This document shows positions 19,551 through 33,263 of a stretch of 64,000 nucleotides of DNA, one piece after another. The notes beneath the pieces are model-generated. The model was not told where the DNA came from. It was given only the letters and a program-made list of their open reading frames with translations, and did no database searches. The DNA comes from Iphione sp. A-MEVVRFRX5 (lineage: Eukaryota). Both the position numbers and the translations under genes were made by a program. Numbering within the stretch: position 1 is the first letter of the stretch; each line of letters starts with the position of its first letter. The stretch spans positions 63,674,001 to 63,738,000 of the forward strand of contig OZ320317.1 in NCBI GenBank assembly GCA_976226885.1, given 5' to 3'.

Positions 19551-22500
19551 CAGTTATAATACCATTTGATTTTATTGCTTATCATAGCAATGACACAAAG
19601 ATAAATAATATGTATGATAAACTTTAAATTTCGATAGGTTCCCATGATTTCCAATAAAACAACAATAAATATTTACTCTAAAAAGCAATACCTAATTACA
19701 AAAGTGTTCAGGATGTGATTTGCCATGTTCATGCATAAAGGAAAGATTGATTTTTTTTATTACAGATACAGATTGTCTGATAAACGTATGAAAAATATTT
19801 TACAATATAGTTGATCAGTTATAATGTGTGCTTTTGCTAGCTAATTTGGTATGAGCTAAAACTGCCTGAAATCCCCTAGGGTTATGTTGCCAATTTCCAC
19901 GGGAAAAATAACTTCATAAATATATTAGTAAAAATATAAAGTAGCAGGCTAGATGACTACATTTTAATACATGAAACACAGACTTAATTGTTTTAAATTT
20001 CACATTTCTAGGAAGGCAAGACGACCACCATCCACATATGGATGACTTAGCACTCTACCAAGATAAAAGGGTTATGCATTTCATCTGCATTGCATTAAAT
20101 TTGCAGCATATGTTTTTTAAAAGATTTGTTTCATGTATTGTGTGTATGCATTGCATGTACACTGGGTATGCATTGGGTGTGTACTTTCTTGCAGTTATAT
20201 GAAAAGGACATGAAACAGGAGCCTAGACCTAGGCTTAGGATATGGGATCCATGTATGAAATCTACTCAGTTGCATTTTACTAGTGTATAAGCTGTAGCGT
20301 TGCAAAAATATTAAATATTTGTGGAAACAATGCACATTTGGCCCATATGTAAGAGATTTGAGCAAAGTCAGGGTATTTGTGGACAAAAAAGAGATAATAC
20401 ACAATACAAATAAAAGCAAAAGGACACTCTCATGCATTCCCATGTATTGTCACAGTCATAGATTGTGCAATGAAAACATAAAAAAATGCAAAAAATACAA
20501 GTATGGGACAACTTTTCGAAAAAGGAATCAATTCTGTTAACCTTTTGGACCGTCCCAAAAAGGAAACCTGCTTGTAAATATTGTTGACGAGATGAGTTAC
20601 TAGAAAAGTATTGATAGAAATATCTCAAAATTAAGATTATCCTTCCCTTTCCCTGTAGACTTTACCATACATGTACGTTACTCCAGAGGGATCTAGTAAT
20701 ACTTCTTGCATGTTTGTGAGAGAAGTTGTATGTCAGTCTACAGCTCCCACAGTAAGCACGAATTTCCACGGGAGCAGCACAGCTTAAATTGTCACGTACA
20801 CATTATCCCATCAACACACGAACTACTACTTTCAATGATCCCTTTAGCTACAGTCCACAGGTTCTCTGATGTGTGCTTGCATGCACGAGCCCGTTTTCGA
20901 TCTTGCCCGCAGGGCGTTTCGTTTGGTTGTACGGAATACGTACGCACATACGGAAAGCTGTCAATACGTATTATGTATTCATTTTATGCGTACATGATGC
21001 CCCTTGAAAAGCTTCGGTTACTTGGATTAAAATGATATATCGCTGAGTCATCATGATTTGCTTCGCTACGTGATTGAATTTTCGTGAATCCAACCAAATC
21101 TATATGTTTCAGCTTATTTCAAATGTACCTCTCGCCATATTGTATCATGTACCAGTATATGCGTGATGTATCTGCCACTGAACTTCCTACTTATTTATCT
21201 TCACTGTGTTTGTTGTATAACATCCCAACACAACGAATTTGAAAATTTATTTTGGATTTTTTGCTCCCAACGTTTCGTACACAATAGTGTCCTCGTCATC
21301 TCATAATTTATAATCAATACATGTAGTATCTTCACTGCTGTACATACAGGTGGAGGGTAGGATAGGAAACGAGGTGGCCATCATAAAAAAAAACACGGTT
21401 TAGAGACACTAACGGGAAAAATTTGTTATAAATGATTACATAGCCCAATGCTAATCAGTATATGCCTAATATAATAAAAGGAATATATCTGTTTTTCTCA
21501 TAACGGGCTGAAAAAATTTAATGTTGGTATGTAGATAGTCTTTTTTTCCTTTTAATCCAGAAGCATTTGTGTACAAATTCTTCCACTGGTTGCATCTAAA
21601 TGAAGATCATAGTATAGCTAGGGTCCTACGAAAGACATTCTTTCTGAAGTTATGCAGAAAAAGAGATATTCTATTAGGACAAAAAGGAGGGTTGGTACGG
21701 TTACTGGAAACATTTTTTTTATTTAGACCTTAGTTATTTCTTGCCCGAAAGAAACAGAGAAAAAAAGGCTAAAGATATCCAAAGCGGTTGGAATGCATTG
21801 TAAATATTTTCATTGGAAAGAAGTAGCCAAATGCGCATCAAAACTTAACTGATAGAGTGAAAAATTAAACAAAGGATATGATGCGATTTTTGCCATGTAC
21901 TCTGAGCTTTCCAGCTAAGAGATAGCCGGGTGTGCATGTAACGGGCCTGGACCAGTATTTATACCTGTGCTTCACACATGCGTGTTCAAATGGCATATTG
22001 ATATTGTGATACTAAAAAGAACACCTGACAAGATTTATGAGGGTAATAGTGGCCACCCTTTAGCTTGATAACGTCATCCAAGTCGCAAATGTAAGGGTAT
22101 AGACTCCGAGCATGGCTTGTCACGATAAAGACATTTTCCTGTAGTCGTTTATTGAAAATAGATCTCCGAGATCCTTCTAGATGGAGGAGGAATGTTTCTC
22201 CGAAATCCTGCTACATTGAGGTTCTCTTTAACAAGGAATAAAGATACATAGAACATGTATGATGATTGCAGAAGTATGATTAGAGCTACATCATGGACAT
22301 TCTATTGTACAACAATTTTGAAAATGTCGAGATGATGTATCAGTTAATCATGACATGATCTGCTGCATACACTGATTTGTCTTATGAAGTCAGTATCTTT
22401 CGTCACACTAGGATTAGTTAGAACTTCAGATTTGCTAATTATGCTAATTATCTACTTATCGAAGTCCTCCCTCTGTAACCAAGCGCAGCAGGATACTTTT

Positions 22501-24189
22501 TCTTGATGCTCAATAATATCATGGCCTTTCCTTGAGGTATTGTCTTCTGCAGGACATTCTCCATTGAGTCGGTATTTTATTTACCCCTGTACTAATTTGA
22601 TCATTCAGGTAAGACAGGAGACTACTTATAACGTAAACTGAGGTAAAAGAGGTAATATCATCATTCCCAACAAGCAGAATTAGATACGTTTTGTGAGGAA
22701 AATGCAACCGAACGGCCTTAATCAACAGATAACGGCATTTAAAGCATTCTGCCATTACTCATAAATTTATCTTCGAAGCATAACACGTGTGTGGACAGTC
22801 TGAACAAAACCACAAGAATGCCTAGTAAAATAAACATCACCCTTTCTACATCGTACTCGACTAAATTCGTCAATATCCTTCCACTTTTGCTAATTTTCAT
22901 CTACTACTGTGTTTATATTTGCTTACAGTGTGTGCGCTTATCCCAGCTTCAAACATAATCATGATAGGTATTGAAAGTAGAAATTGAGCAACCAGAAAAA
23001 ACAGGGCAAGCGTTAGGTCGATTTACACAGTAGCATCTGTGTTGTTTATCCTCTAGTACGTGGGAATCATACTCTCAATGATCCAAGATAAATTTAGAGC
23101 ATTTTGAAAGACCGATACAAATTCTAAATAGTTCACTTAGTTTCAGAATTAAAAATGTAATTATACCTCTATTATCGGAAAGTTAGGGACTGCGCACTAG
23201 CATCATACGAAGATACAGGTAGAGAGGGGCACCAAAGATGCACGTCGAGATTCAGGGCATCCGATAAAGATATGTGCAGAATGATCATCAGCTAAAGCCC
23301 TGGTGCAGAGAGAAGGTTTCAGATGGGGTCAACTGGAAAAGCGTGGCATGCGATATGGGAACTACATGATTGCTTGACAGGCTTTACGGGGAATACTAAC
23401 AGAGTAAGATCTCAGCTTGTATGGGAGAGATCATTTGACAGACATGTTACCAGATATTACAGCTGGCTCCACTTAATCATGTCCCAGTTAACCGAATCTC
23501 CCATTTATATGAACCATTGTCTGCCTCAAATGTGGGTTTTCCCCTATTTCGTGTTTTAATTAATCAAACCCTGGTTTACTGAACATCTTGGCAAGACCAA
23601 TTCCTGATTTGTAGGTAATAACGAAGAATCATGATTATTGGTTTGGTTAAGCGGACGGATTGTAAGTAATAAGTATATTGATATGGATTACGGTCGGGAT
23701 AAAGATGAACAGAAGTGCTGAGGAAAGATGCTAGTTTTTAGGTCATGGCAATATGTTACAGGGAGAGGATTCAAAGTACGGCTCGGCTGTTGAAGGATTC
23801 TATTGAGAGTGAAAAAAATTGAAGAGGTACATAGTTGTTTTAACGGGCGCGTAGTTACCTTTGTACATTCTCTCAATCTCCAGGTCTTGGGGAGGGCATA
23901 GTGCCACAAGCGGTCCTGCTTGCTGGGTACACGCTCTGTCAGCATCATCAGACTTATATAGGGCTCTTAAAATGATGATGAACCGTGGAGAAAGGTAGCT
24001 ATTACAAGTGTAGTATGCATGTATGCACTTTCTCCGTCCAGGAATTCGACAAATGCCGCGTGGGCGATATACAACCAAACTACACGTTAATTAACGTACA
24101 GATTTCCATTAGCAAATCACGATGGCAATTCAGATGAATGGTTATTGATGTTATAAATCTATTTCTGTGTCCTCATATTCTAATTAAAT

Positions 24190-24960
24190 GGGTTGACGTC
24201 ACGGCTTTAAGAATCACTTAGTTCTGCCTTCCACTCTGTCCTCTCCTCTCCAACAACATACCTATATTTCATCGCCCCCTCACCTTTTTAGCTACTTTTA
24301 ACACCGCAGACTGTGTTAGTCTCCCCCGCCCCCTGGTCCTGCTTTTCTTTGTATCTTTCAGTACAGGTCAAGACTTTATATTTATGTGTCGTAAATTTTG
24401 TGTTCGGACCGAACTTGCCTTTGAAAGCAGTAATTCGACCCCTCTCATCAACAGATCCTTACAAAAAAAACCAAGCCAGCCGCACAACTCCTCTCCAGCG
24501 ATGTCTCTTCCACGGTCAACACTCGTACCCGAGAACGCGTTGGTGTGACGTCACGGCGAACTTTAGCCAATCATTAGCTCCTCCCGTTGATCGCGGAGGA
24601 AGCGGCGTGGACGCTCGACGCCGCCAGCCTGACGCGTAGTGAGAAACGTTTGAACTAGTCCCCACAACCTTTCCACAGGCTAGGTGGGTGGCCGGATGTG
24701 TTGTGGGAATTGAGGGAGGGCGCTGCGGTGGGTAAGGTGAAAGCTACTTTGGGGGTGGAGAGTAAGATGCATTAAAGGTAGGTGGATATGTGTGTGTGTG
24801 GTGGGGGGTGCTGGTCGAGTGGGACGGTCCTACTTATCGAAGAGACGCCGCACTGCCCGGGATTGGACGCGCGAGAGGTATTCGAGGGAGGGGGGGGGGG
24901 GGCGGGGGAAGGAAGGAGGGGGACGAGAGTCGCGCGCGGGGGCGAGCGGCAAGTTGAAAT
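24190..24960 (+). promoter_or_regulatory. CpG-rich promoter region of a host gene
   Basis: TGACGTCA at 24194 and 24546, CCAAT at ~24567, ATTGG at ~24862, dense CpG and a G-rich tract at 24885-24922, upstream of the signal-peptide exon. Confidence 0.55.
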
Positions 24961-25947
24961 ATACGCGCACCGTTAGCGGACGACGCGGCGGCGGAGGCAA
25001 CACAGACTGAGAGGGATAGAGAGCACAAGCAACTCGCAGAAAGAGAGGGGCAGTGAGAAATACGACGGGATCCACTCAGTGAACGGGAGATAGGGAGCGG
25101 CCTTTGCTACGACGGCCTGCAGACCCACTACCACCACCTACGCTACCACCTCCATCATCAACACCAATTCACTACAACCCATCAGCACCTACCACCATCA
25201 CCACCTCCTAGTTCATTCTCATCCGTGTTGTTCAAGTGGATCAAGCAAACGCACAGATAGACAGACAGTGGATAGACAGGAGGGACAGACAGGAAGACAC
25301 AGCAGATACTTGATAGGAGAGGCCCGTAAGAAAGTGTGGTCCAAGGGGCATAAAGACCTGAGCGAGAACTGCACAAGGTAAAGTTGAATTTGTAGAAGAG
25401 AGAATAAGCTCATACACGGGTGAAAACGTTTCCAGTGAAGTCCGACTTTGGATTTGATTGTCATTGGCACTAATTTACTCAGTTGGAAAACGGGGTGAAA
25501 GAAGGAACTTACTTGATAGGATAACAAAGAAATTAAGAACCTTTCCGTTTGGGTCGATGGTTTGAACACCTGTAGACCACTGAGCAATAATTTCACCAGA
25601 GACCGGAAAAAACAGTTCACAGCAAAGAGTAGAGATAGACACCGAAGGGAGGGGAAAAGCGTAGATCTTACACCAAGGTCAAACCAAACTTTAAAGTCAT
25701 AAAGGATCAAGCACAGGGAGTGTGGCAGGGGTGATTAACAACATCAGAAACTACCAGGAGTGGGTGTACCACCCTGACTCTTCCGCCCACTCACGCCCCA
25801 GCTCCCTCTTGCCTAACTGCATACCTACCAACTACCCACGCCTACTCCTTCGACCCACCAATCCACCCGCCCACCTTTGGGCGGCCGCTCCCGCTGCCGG
25901 TGACACACCTGCTCGCTCCAGCTCCTCCAGTAACTCCGAGCTGCTCC

Positions 25948-26029
25948 ATGGATAGGTCGGGCTGCTGGGGCTTTCTCCTCCTCCTGTGCCTCGTCTACCT
26001 CTGGCTCGGCGAGCGACACTCCGTCTCAG
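25948..26029 (+). CDS. First coding exon of a host secreted or membrane protein (signal peptide), followed by a phase-1 intron
   Basis: GCTCC ATG G context; MDRSGCWGFLLLLCLVYLWLGERHSVS(G); donor CAG|GTACGT. Identity cannot be determined from this exon. Confidence 0.72.
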
Positions 26030-29000
26030 GTACGTTCAGCAACCCTCCACAACCCTTTCTGTTATTACATGCTCTACTATCAATTATGTAGGATCTTGCC
26101 AATATTCCTTCCTCTGACTTTCTGAGCAGAGCCTATTGATATGCACATCCGTAACTATTTAGCATTTTGGCCAAGTAATTTCACGAAGATTTCAAACTCT
26201 ATTTCATTACTACAGTATAGTAAGTTAGAAACATAATCCTCACAAGGATTTATACATTGAAATGCACCCTGCATATGAATCTGAACAATGTGGAGCTAGC
26301 CAGTTGACATGGTGTTCTCAAGATACTGGACGGAGCATTTGACTATGAATTAAGGATTTTGGTTGTTGCCATCGTTATTTCAGAAGGTTAATTCGCATAT
26401 ATTTGTAATCAAGCTTTTGATATTCAAGATACATAAGAACAATAATTATGCTTGTGTCATTCTCAGTTACTGTTTAATCAGGCTTTTGTATCTGTAACAA
26501 ACATGATGCTTTTTTAAGCCAAAGCATTCTGCGACATTTTGGGCCATCCTTTTCTGTATCCATGTTTAAATTCATACTCAAGGTGCTCTTTTTCCTATCT
26601 TGAGTCGACCAATGCAAATATTGTACGTTCATGTTAGGTGATACCTTTCCTTTATTTCAACGTTCCTCCATCAAGCACCAGAGTCTCCTACGACTGAGTT
26701 GTGCCTATTAAACGGGAAAATTCAAAAGCAGTGGTTTTGGAACTGCTTAAGTTTACATTGGCCACATGCGTCGCTCTTTGTCTGCGCCGTGAAGTTTCAG
26801 CGTCTAATGTACCGAATTCCCAAGAGAAGTCCTCAATATTTTCTCATCGGGAACGTGCTGCTTGGGCCTTTAGGGGCATTATAACCTTTTGATGTCGGTT
26901 ATATTGGTATTTGTCATTACATGGTTCTTTATTTTTTATGTCCATTAAGCTAACATACAGCGGGGATTTTCCCTACGTTTAAAGGGCACAGAAGTGGCTC
27001 ACTGGACTTTCATAATCACTAGGCCAGGCTCTTGCTTACTCTAGTCTGTTGGTAAGATTACATGGGATAAATCAATTGCACACATATTATTAAAACAGTA
27101 CAGATGATATAACGGCTCCATGCATATTTCTATTAAGCAGGTTACATCTAAATACGAAATCCTTTGTTCAAAGAGAGGTTCACCTTGTTCGCAGGATTGT
27201 CATCGATATGTTCGTTGCATAATCGGATGCCACTATCCTACATGGAAGGTGGCCTTCCAACTCTTTTAAACTATCTCCTATCTTAATAACGTTCCCCTCG
27301 CTTTCAGACAAGCACCTGGTGACATGTTAATGTATAACCTATTCTGAATACGGTCGATCGAACGTATTCGCACCATACTTAGCACTAGTTAGGGTATATG
27401 ATAGCGTTTGGTACATGCGCAATCTGATTAAAAAGATTTACAATCCATTTTGCTCATTACATATAACACAAAAGCACGTACGAAACCGAACAGAGTAAGG
27501 TAAGGGGTTGGTTGAAGACGTAGGAGAGAGCTAATTGAGGAAAGCGTAAGAAACATTTAGAAGCAGGTGGAGAGTGGAGGAAATGTGAAAGGGAATCAGT
27601 GCCATAGAGAGAAAGGCCTGTTAAGATTGTACCGTCTGATAAGCAAAATGGTTCCTTAGAACACCATTTTCGCAGAGAGGGTTTCTACTTTGGTAACGTG
27701 TTGTTCTAAGTAAAAGGGAATAATGCAGATTAAGGCAAATACCTTTAGGATAAGATGCATATCTCTGCTGGACTGAGATAAGCTGGGCAAGTGACATCAA
27801 GTCCGTATTCGATTATCTATTTCTCAGACGAGAACTAACCTTTAAAGGAGCAAGGACGCATGTTACAATAGAAAGGATATATCAACGCCCTCTTGGATTA
27901 CACATTCATGATTACCTATCCAATGACGCAGCAGCGAGCAACGTGACACCAGAATGGCTCGAACTGTCCATGATTTCGAGGAGGAGGAGCAGGTGGAGGA
28001 GGAGGGGGGGAGACATCCTGGTGTGAAACATCCTATTTCACGCAGGTGGGTTTGAAACCCACAAGTCCCGCTTGAAGGTCACTTTACCGACTTTAAGAAA
28101 AGTCTTGAGAAAGGCAACCTACGGCTTGGCACTCAAGGGAGAACAAAGAGAGCGCTTCTTTTCGAACAGCGCGAAATTTGTGTCACAAGCCGACAACGCA
28201 AAAATGCTGAGAGCGTGTCCCTTTCAGTGTCGAAGAGGGTCAGAACGGGCTGCGTTGGACTGCGGGTGATATGGTTAATAATAAGTCGTTAATCCACAAT
28301 AAGCCAGTACAATTTCAATCGAAAGTCCGATGACGATACTATTCTGGTCGCTTGAAATACATATAGCAACGATGGGGCCGCAAAATTACACTTCAGCCAA
28401 GAGTATCGATGTGCCGTGAATGGTAAAACGGCTTCGATATGAGGGAATCGTGTGCCCACCTAATTGTTTACCCCGGGGCCCCGTCATTGAACCTGAAAGA
28501 TACCTCATTACAAGTTGAGGATACCTTGCACCGATACTCATATGCTTAGATGCTACTAATACGTGCTGCTATCGGTATATATCAACCTAACTACTGATTA
28601 ATTGTGGGGGGATTGACCCTGGTGATTTGAAATTCAATATGAAATGTAGCCAGCAAAGGTCTGATTTTGATATAGTGTCGACTAATTACGGCAGAAACAG
28701 TGCACCTGCCATCAACAAAACTATACGCATCCATTCGACACGTAGCTCTCCTGTAACATATCAATTCTCTATGGACATTCCAGAAACAGGTATAGGATTT
28801 AAACTTTCAGCGGTGCAAGTTTGCTGTTGCGTACTTTGGTGATGGCCTTTGTAATCCTGCACCAAGCTGCGGTGGTTTAATTTATTCTTTGCTATTATAA
28901 TCAAAACTTGTCACTTTCCAGTTCTTTTCACGACTTTCCCATGACACCAAACTACCTTGTAGGCCCTATGATACCTGAGGCTCCATTACTTAAATAACAG

Positions 29001-29985
29001 ACTGCATTGTGGGGAAGGGGGTCCATTGGGTAACTCAGGTTTAGGGTCATCTATTGTCAGTTTAGCATGGGCCTCGGTTATTCTTACTACACTTTAGTCT
29101 GTGCAATGTAGTTATATAAAAACTTAAGTCGTATTCAGACCAAAGATTCTGCAATGCTTGTTAGACAATAAGTCCACTGTCACCAGGGGTCTATAATAAG
29201 GCTACTCCATAATGCTTGGTCTTACCAAAACAGATGGTAAAGTAACGAGCTAATCATTTAACAATGTAAATAGGGAGTCTGGGTCAAACAACTAAATGAT
29301 ACTAAACTAATAATATAACCAAAAACAATACTATAGGCATTCAGAAATTGATACTGTCCTGCAGACATCGGGTCCTGTTCTCTATGAACACTTCTAAATT
29401 CTACCACTGTAAGCATCAACCTTTCCTCTTCACAAAATGCAATTCAAGTATGTACAATCCACGAATACTTTATACACTTTCCTCTGTATTGTTTCAGTTC
29501 GCTTCGAACAAAAACAGCACCGCACATTAACTCGAATGAAAAACAAAGGAAATAAAGATGTCCATAAAAATGATTGGCTAGAATTGTTCTTTGGGCGTAG
29601 TGCAAATGATTTCGGTGAATCCAGCAAAAGAACACGAAAAACATGTGAATTTGATGAACATGTCAGGATTCTATATGAATCGAACTTAATACGATAAAAA
29701 AACTCCTCAAAGTCCCTTTACAAAGCCATCTGAAGAAGGCTGCAGACATTCAGTACATGCTCATTGTGTCGATGCAACTTATCTACTTTTCCTGCTTATC
29801 AGCTGGTGCTTAGATGGTTCTATGCCTTCCCTGCTGCAAGTCGATCACACCGTTAATTTCATTAGAATAGCGATACCTGCCTTAATATTGTAGGGTCTTT
29901 CTTGTAGGAAGACCGAATAGCAATCTAGGCTGAGATAGGTAAGGAAATGCCACCCTTTTACAGCAACAATATACCAAGCTAATTA

Positions 29986-31007
29986 CCCAACAAAAGCGTG
30001 ATGTTTTCAAAACCTTTTAAAAAGCTATTGAAAAGGGTTTAATAAAATATCATTAAATAGATCTCAAAATTAGCTTCATAAAATGCTATAAAATATGTTT
30101 TCAAAAGATCTCAAAACCCACTTTTAACATATTTTTGATTAATAGTTTGACAGTATTTCAATAATGTTCTTTTGTATGATGTTTATTCATTGTTTTATTT
30201 GACCGATAGTAGGTAACTTAGAATCCTTCTCTTGTCAACGTCAGAAGATGTTGTTCTAATCACTCCGACAGACCAATCCCCGCAAATTGGGATGTTTGCC
30301 TCATTCCTGCCCATGTTATCAATTGTCTCTCAGATATGTGGAATCCCTCAATTATGATATAACATTTTTACTCTATTCGAATAACATTTTCAAAGTATCT
30401 TGAAATGAAGGTCAAGAGTGATGACAAAAGCGATCTTTAAACAAATTTTAACACCATTCTCTTTAACGTTTTTAAAACATTTTCAAAAACCTGTTCTAAA
30501 GCTCCTACCATGATAGTCCCTATATAGACGAAATGAGCATTGATACATATGAAACGTATGGAGAGATGCGATATGGTGACTGTGTATTTTCATGTCAAGA
30601 AACCAGACATCAATCACGTAAAGAAGACATGATCTGGTTGACCTCTCCCATCCCACGAAATTATAGCCAGTGAAATTCATTCTATCAAGCATCAACATGA
30701 GCAGAATCCAATATGGCAACATGAGAGCGTTTTTGTTTAATCGCCATACAAGGAACAGGTATTTCAAGCAATTTATTATCAATATCATCATGAGGGGACC
30801 CCTTAAGTATTTCATGTTTGGTACGTATGTCCAAGCAGGAACACCCGAGATGTTTAGACCATATAGCTTCACCATACCGCCTATCTGTCGAGAGTGTTTT
30901 TGCTTGAAGATACTTACCAAAAATTAAAATCCTTACTAAATGGATACTCCACGGCATACCAGAAAACATTTTTACAATGCTTTTAATATGTTTTTGTGTT
31001 TGCTGCG
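29986..31007. mobile_element. Old non-autonomous DNA transposon (TA-flanked, CCCARCAAA-type ends)
   Basis: TA|CCCAACAAAAG left and GTGTTTGCTGCG|TA right (diverged inverted ends); subterminal AAAACATT/AACGTT-type repeats at both ends. Confidence 0.45.
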
Positions 31008-32954
31008 TATACACCTAAGTACCCTTCAAGGTATCGAGCATAGAGCAAATGAAACATAATTATACCATAGTATAAAACAATACTCTTAGGCTGATTTTTT
31101 CTTCTCAAACACACTGTCATAGAGTCTAATATATATATATATATTAGATATTAACTCTGCTTTGAGTTAAAGCATATACGGCCAAGATTTAAGTAATTTG
31201 GTACATTATGAGTCATATAAACTTCAGCATCATGGAATGCCACTGGCGCTCGCCACCCACAGTAAATGAGGTTAGACGCATATTTATCCATAGATTTTCC
31301 AAGGGTTCCGACTAGTATTAAGAACTTTCATTGAACGCTCTCTTTTCTGTGAGTTTTTAAAATCATCTATAGGTAAACTTTACTATCATGTTATCCTATG
31401 CACCAAATAAGAGCTAGGTTTATTCTTCTTGTTCCAGATTTCTCTGTTATATGACCGCGGAGTCTAAAAATGAAATATAGTACTTTTACATCCTCATAAT
31501 TAAGGAGTCTACCGCAGTGAACATCAAACATTTATCTATGTGTTTCTGTGTCCATTTTCTGAGTTTCGTTTCAGTGATAAGTTTGGAGTTCCTTTGGAGC
31601 TTAAAGGCCCAGTTGCATTGAAGCATATATGAAATGTTTAAACCTGGTGTGCTACTGAATGTGATACACCTTTATCACGGTACAATTTAAACACGTGCGA
31701 ACAGAATAGTTTTTTACCTCATGATGTCTTAACTAAAGTTCACTTCATGCCCATGACTAGTCTTGCACAGGCCTCATCGCTTCATTTCTCCCAAATGGCG
31801 TATTACCTTAATGACGCCCCTGCCGGCGTCTTTAGATTGGCCTGCCACTTGGGGATTTTCCGTTATAAGACTTGCCTTCACCTGGAGATGGCCTCACCGC
31901 ACGGTATAGGAATGTGCCCCGTTCTGTGTGGAGCTGGACTTAATACACTCCTCCAATGCAGTCGCACAGTCCCATGGGCAATCTACAGGCTCCCGGCAGG
32001 GCGATACCTAGGAAGCAAATATCGCAGTATTGGAGAGATTTTTCGGACCGAGATACGTATAGAATCCAGTTATTATTTGGTGGTTCCATGCTACAACGAT
32101 GGCATACCCAGGCATGGAAACTTCGCATCCCTCTAGACCTGCAGAATGTCATATTGTACAACGTTATGTCTATTGCATCAATGCTTCAAATAAGATACAA
32201 CAGACTTGATATGGGTTATATGCAAGTGAAATTGCATATATTAATGTTGTAGTTTGGTTAGGTTAGAAACAAAACCCTTGACACAACGTTGTACAATTAT
32301 TGGATCCTGTGTTGTATCTTCCACATATACTATATACATGAACCTTAATGTATTGGTATATATGCCAGACTAAGCTATTCTCAAGTTCGTATACACACTT
32401 CACGTGAAACAATACTGTCTCTCAGAGAATATGGATTTCTGAGAATGTTATTGCTTGTAAATTGGCCTGTGATTGGCTTTATTCATGATTTCCGCAGTTC
32501 TAGCATGCTGGTCAAATATGAGTCTCTAACATTTTCAGCATGCTGGCAAGGACATTATGAATAGAAATGTACCAATGTAGAATCCGTAGGGAACATTTTT
32601 TTCCCAACAGTGTGTGCTTTCATTTCACGACTGGCGCGGCAGTATTTCATATTCATGAATAAAAGGACATTCTTTCTCCGTAACCTTCATATGAACAATA
32701 GAGTAGTGACGTGGCCAACTAATGGTTAAACTTTTGAGATTCCTACTTTGTTCACGTAACACCCGTATACACTGATAGAATAGGATCTAAAATTTCATTT
32801 GACCGAAACATTTTGTTTAAAGCTAGGGCTACCTGAAAGGCCTCCTTTAGCGTTAGGAAGGACACTGCTAGAACATACCGCAGCCTCAAGAGAACAGAAA
32901 CAGTGCATTTACATAAGCCATCGGTAGAAGTAAGATCATTCTTGGTAAGTGTTA

Positions 32955-33263
32955 GGCGGTGTACACATGTATCCGTAGCGAAAAAACGTCTACGGGTCTG
33001 TAGACGTGGAATACCTCCTGCTGTGTTTATTCAAGGCCTTATCATATGTAATGCCAGATGTCCCTTCAACATTGTTTCCTATGGAAAACGGACGGGTGTC
33101 CGTAAAAAAACCGTCGCAGACGGTTTGAAAAACGGACCAAGGTCCGTACCCATTTTGTAACGGAGGCATGTGAACAGATTAGTACAATGTCTATGGAACT
33201 GATAGAAAACGTCTACGGGTCCGTACCCGTTTTTGAAAAATACGGATACATGTGTACACCGCC
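32955..33263. mobile_element. Tourist-like (PIF/Harbinger) MITE, 309 bp
   Basis: Perfect 23-bp TIR GGCGGTGTACACATGTATCCGTA with a TTA target-site duplication on both sides (32952-54, 33264-66). Confidence 0.92.

Noticed and set aside
24885-24922. G-quadruplex-capable tract in the host promoter
   Set aside because: Mostly a G homopolymer of uncertain length; too common to be informative without data.
30483-30920. 145-aa minus-strand ORF inside the TA-flanked element
   Set aside because: No transposase or other motif; likely a chance ORF.
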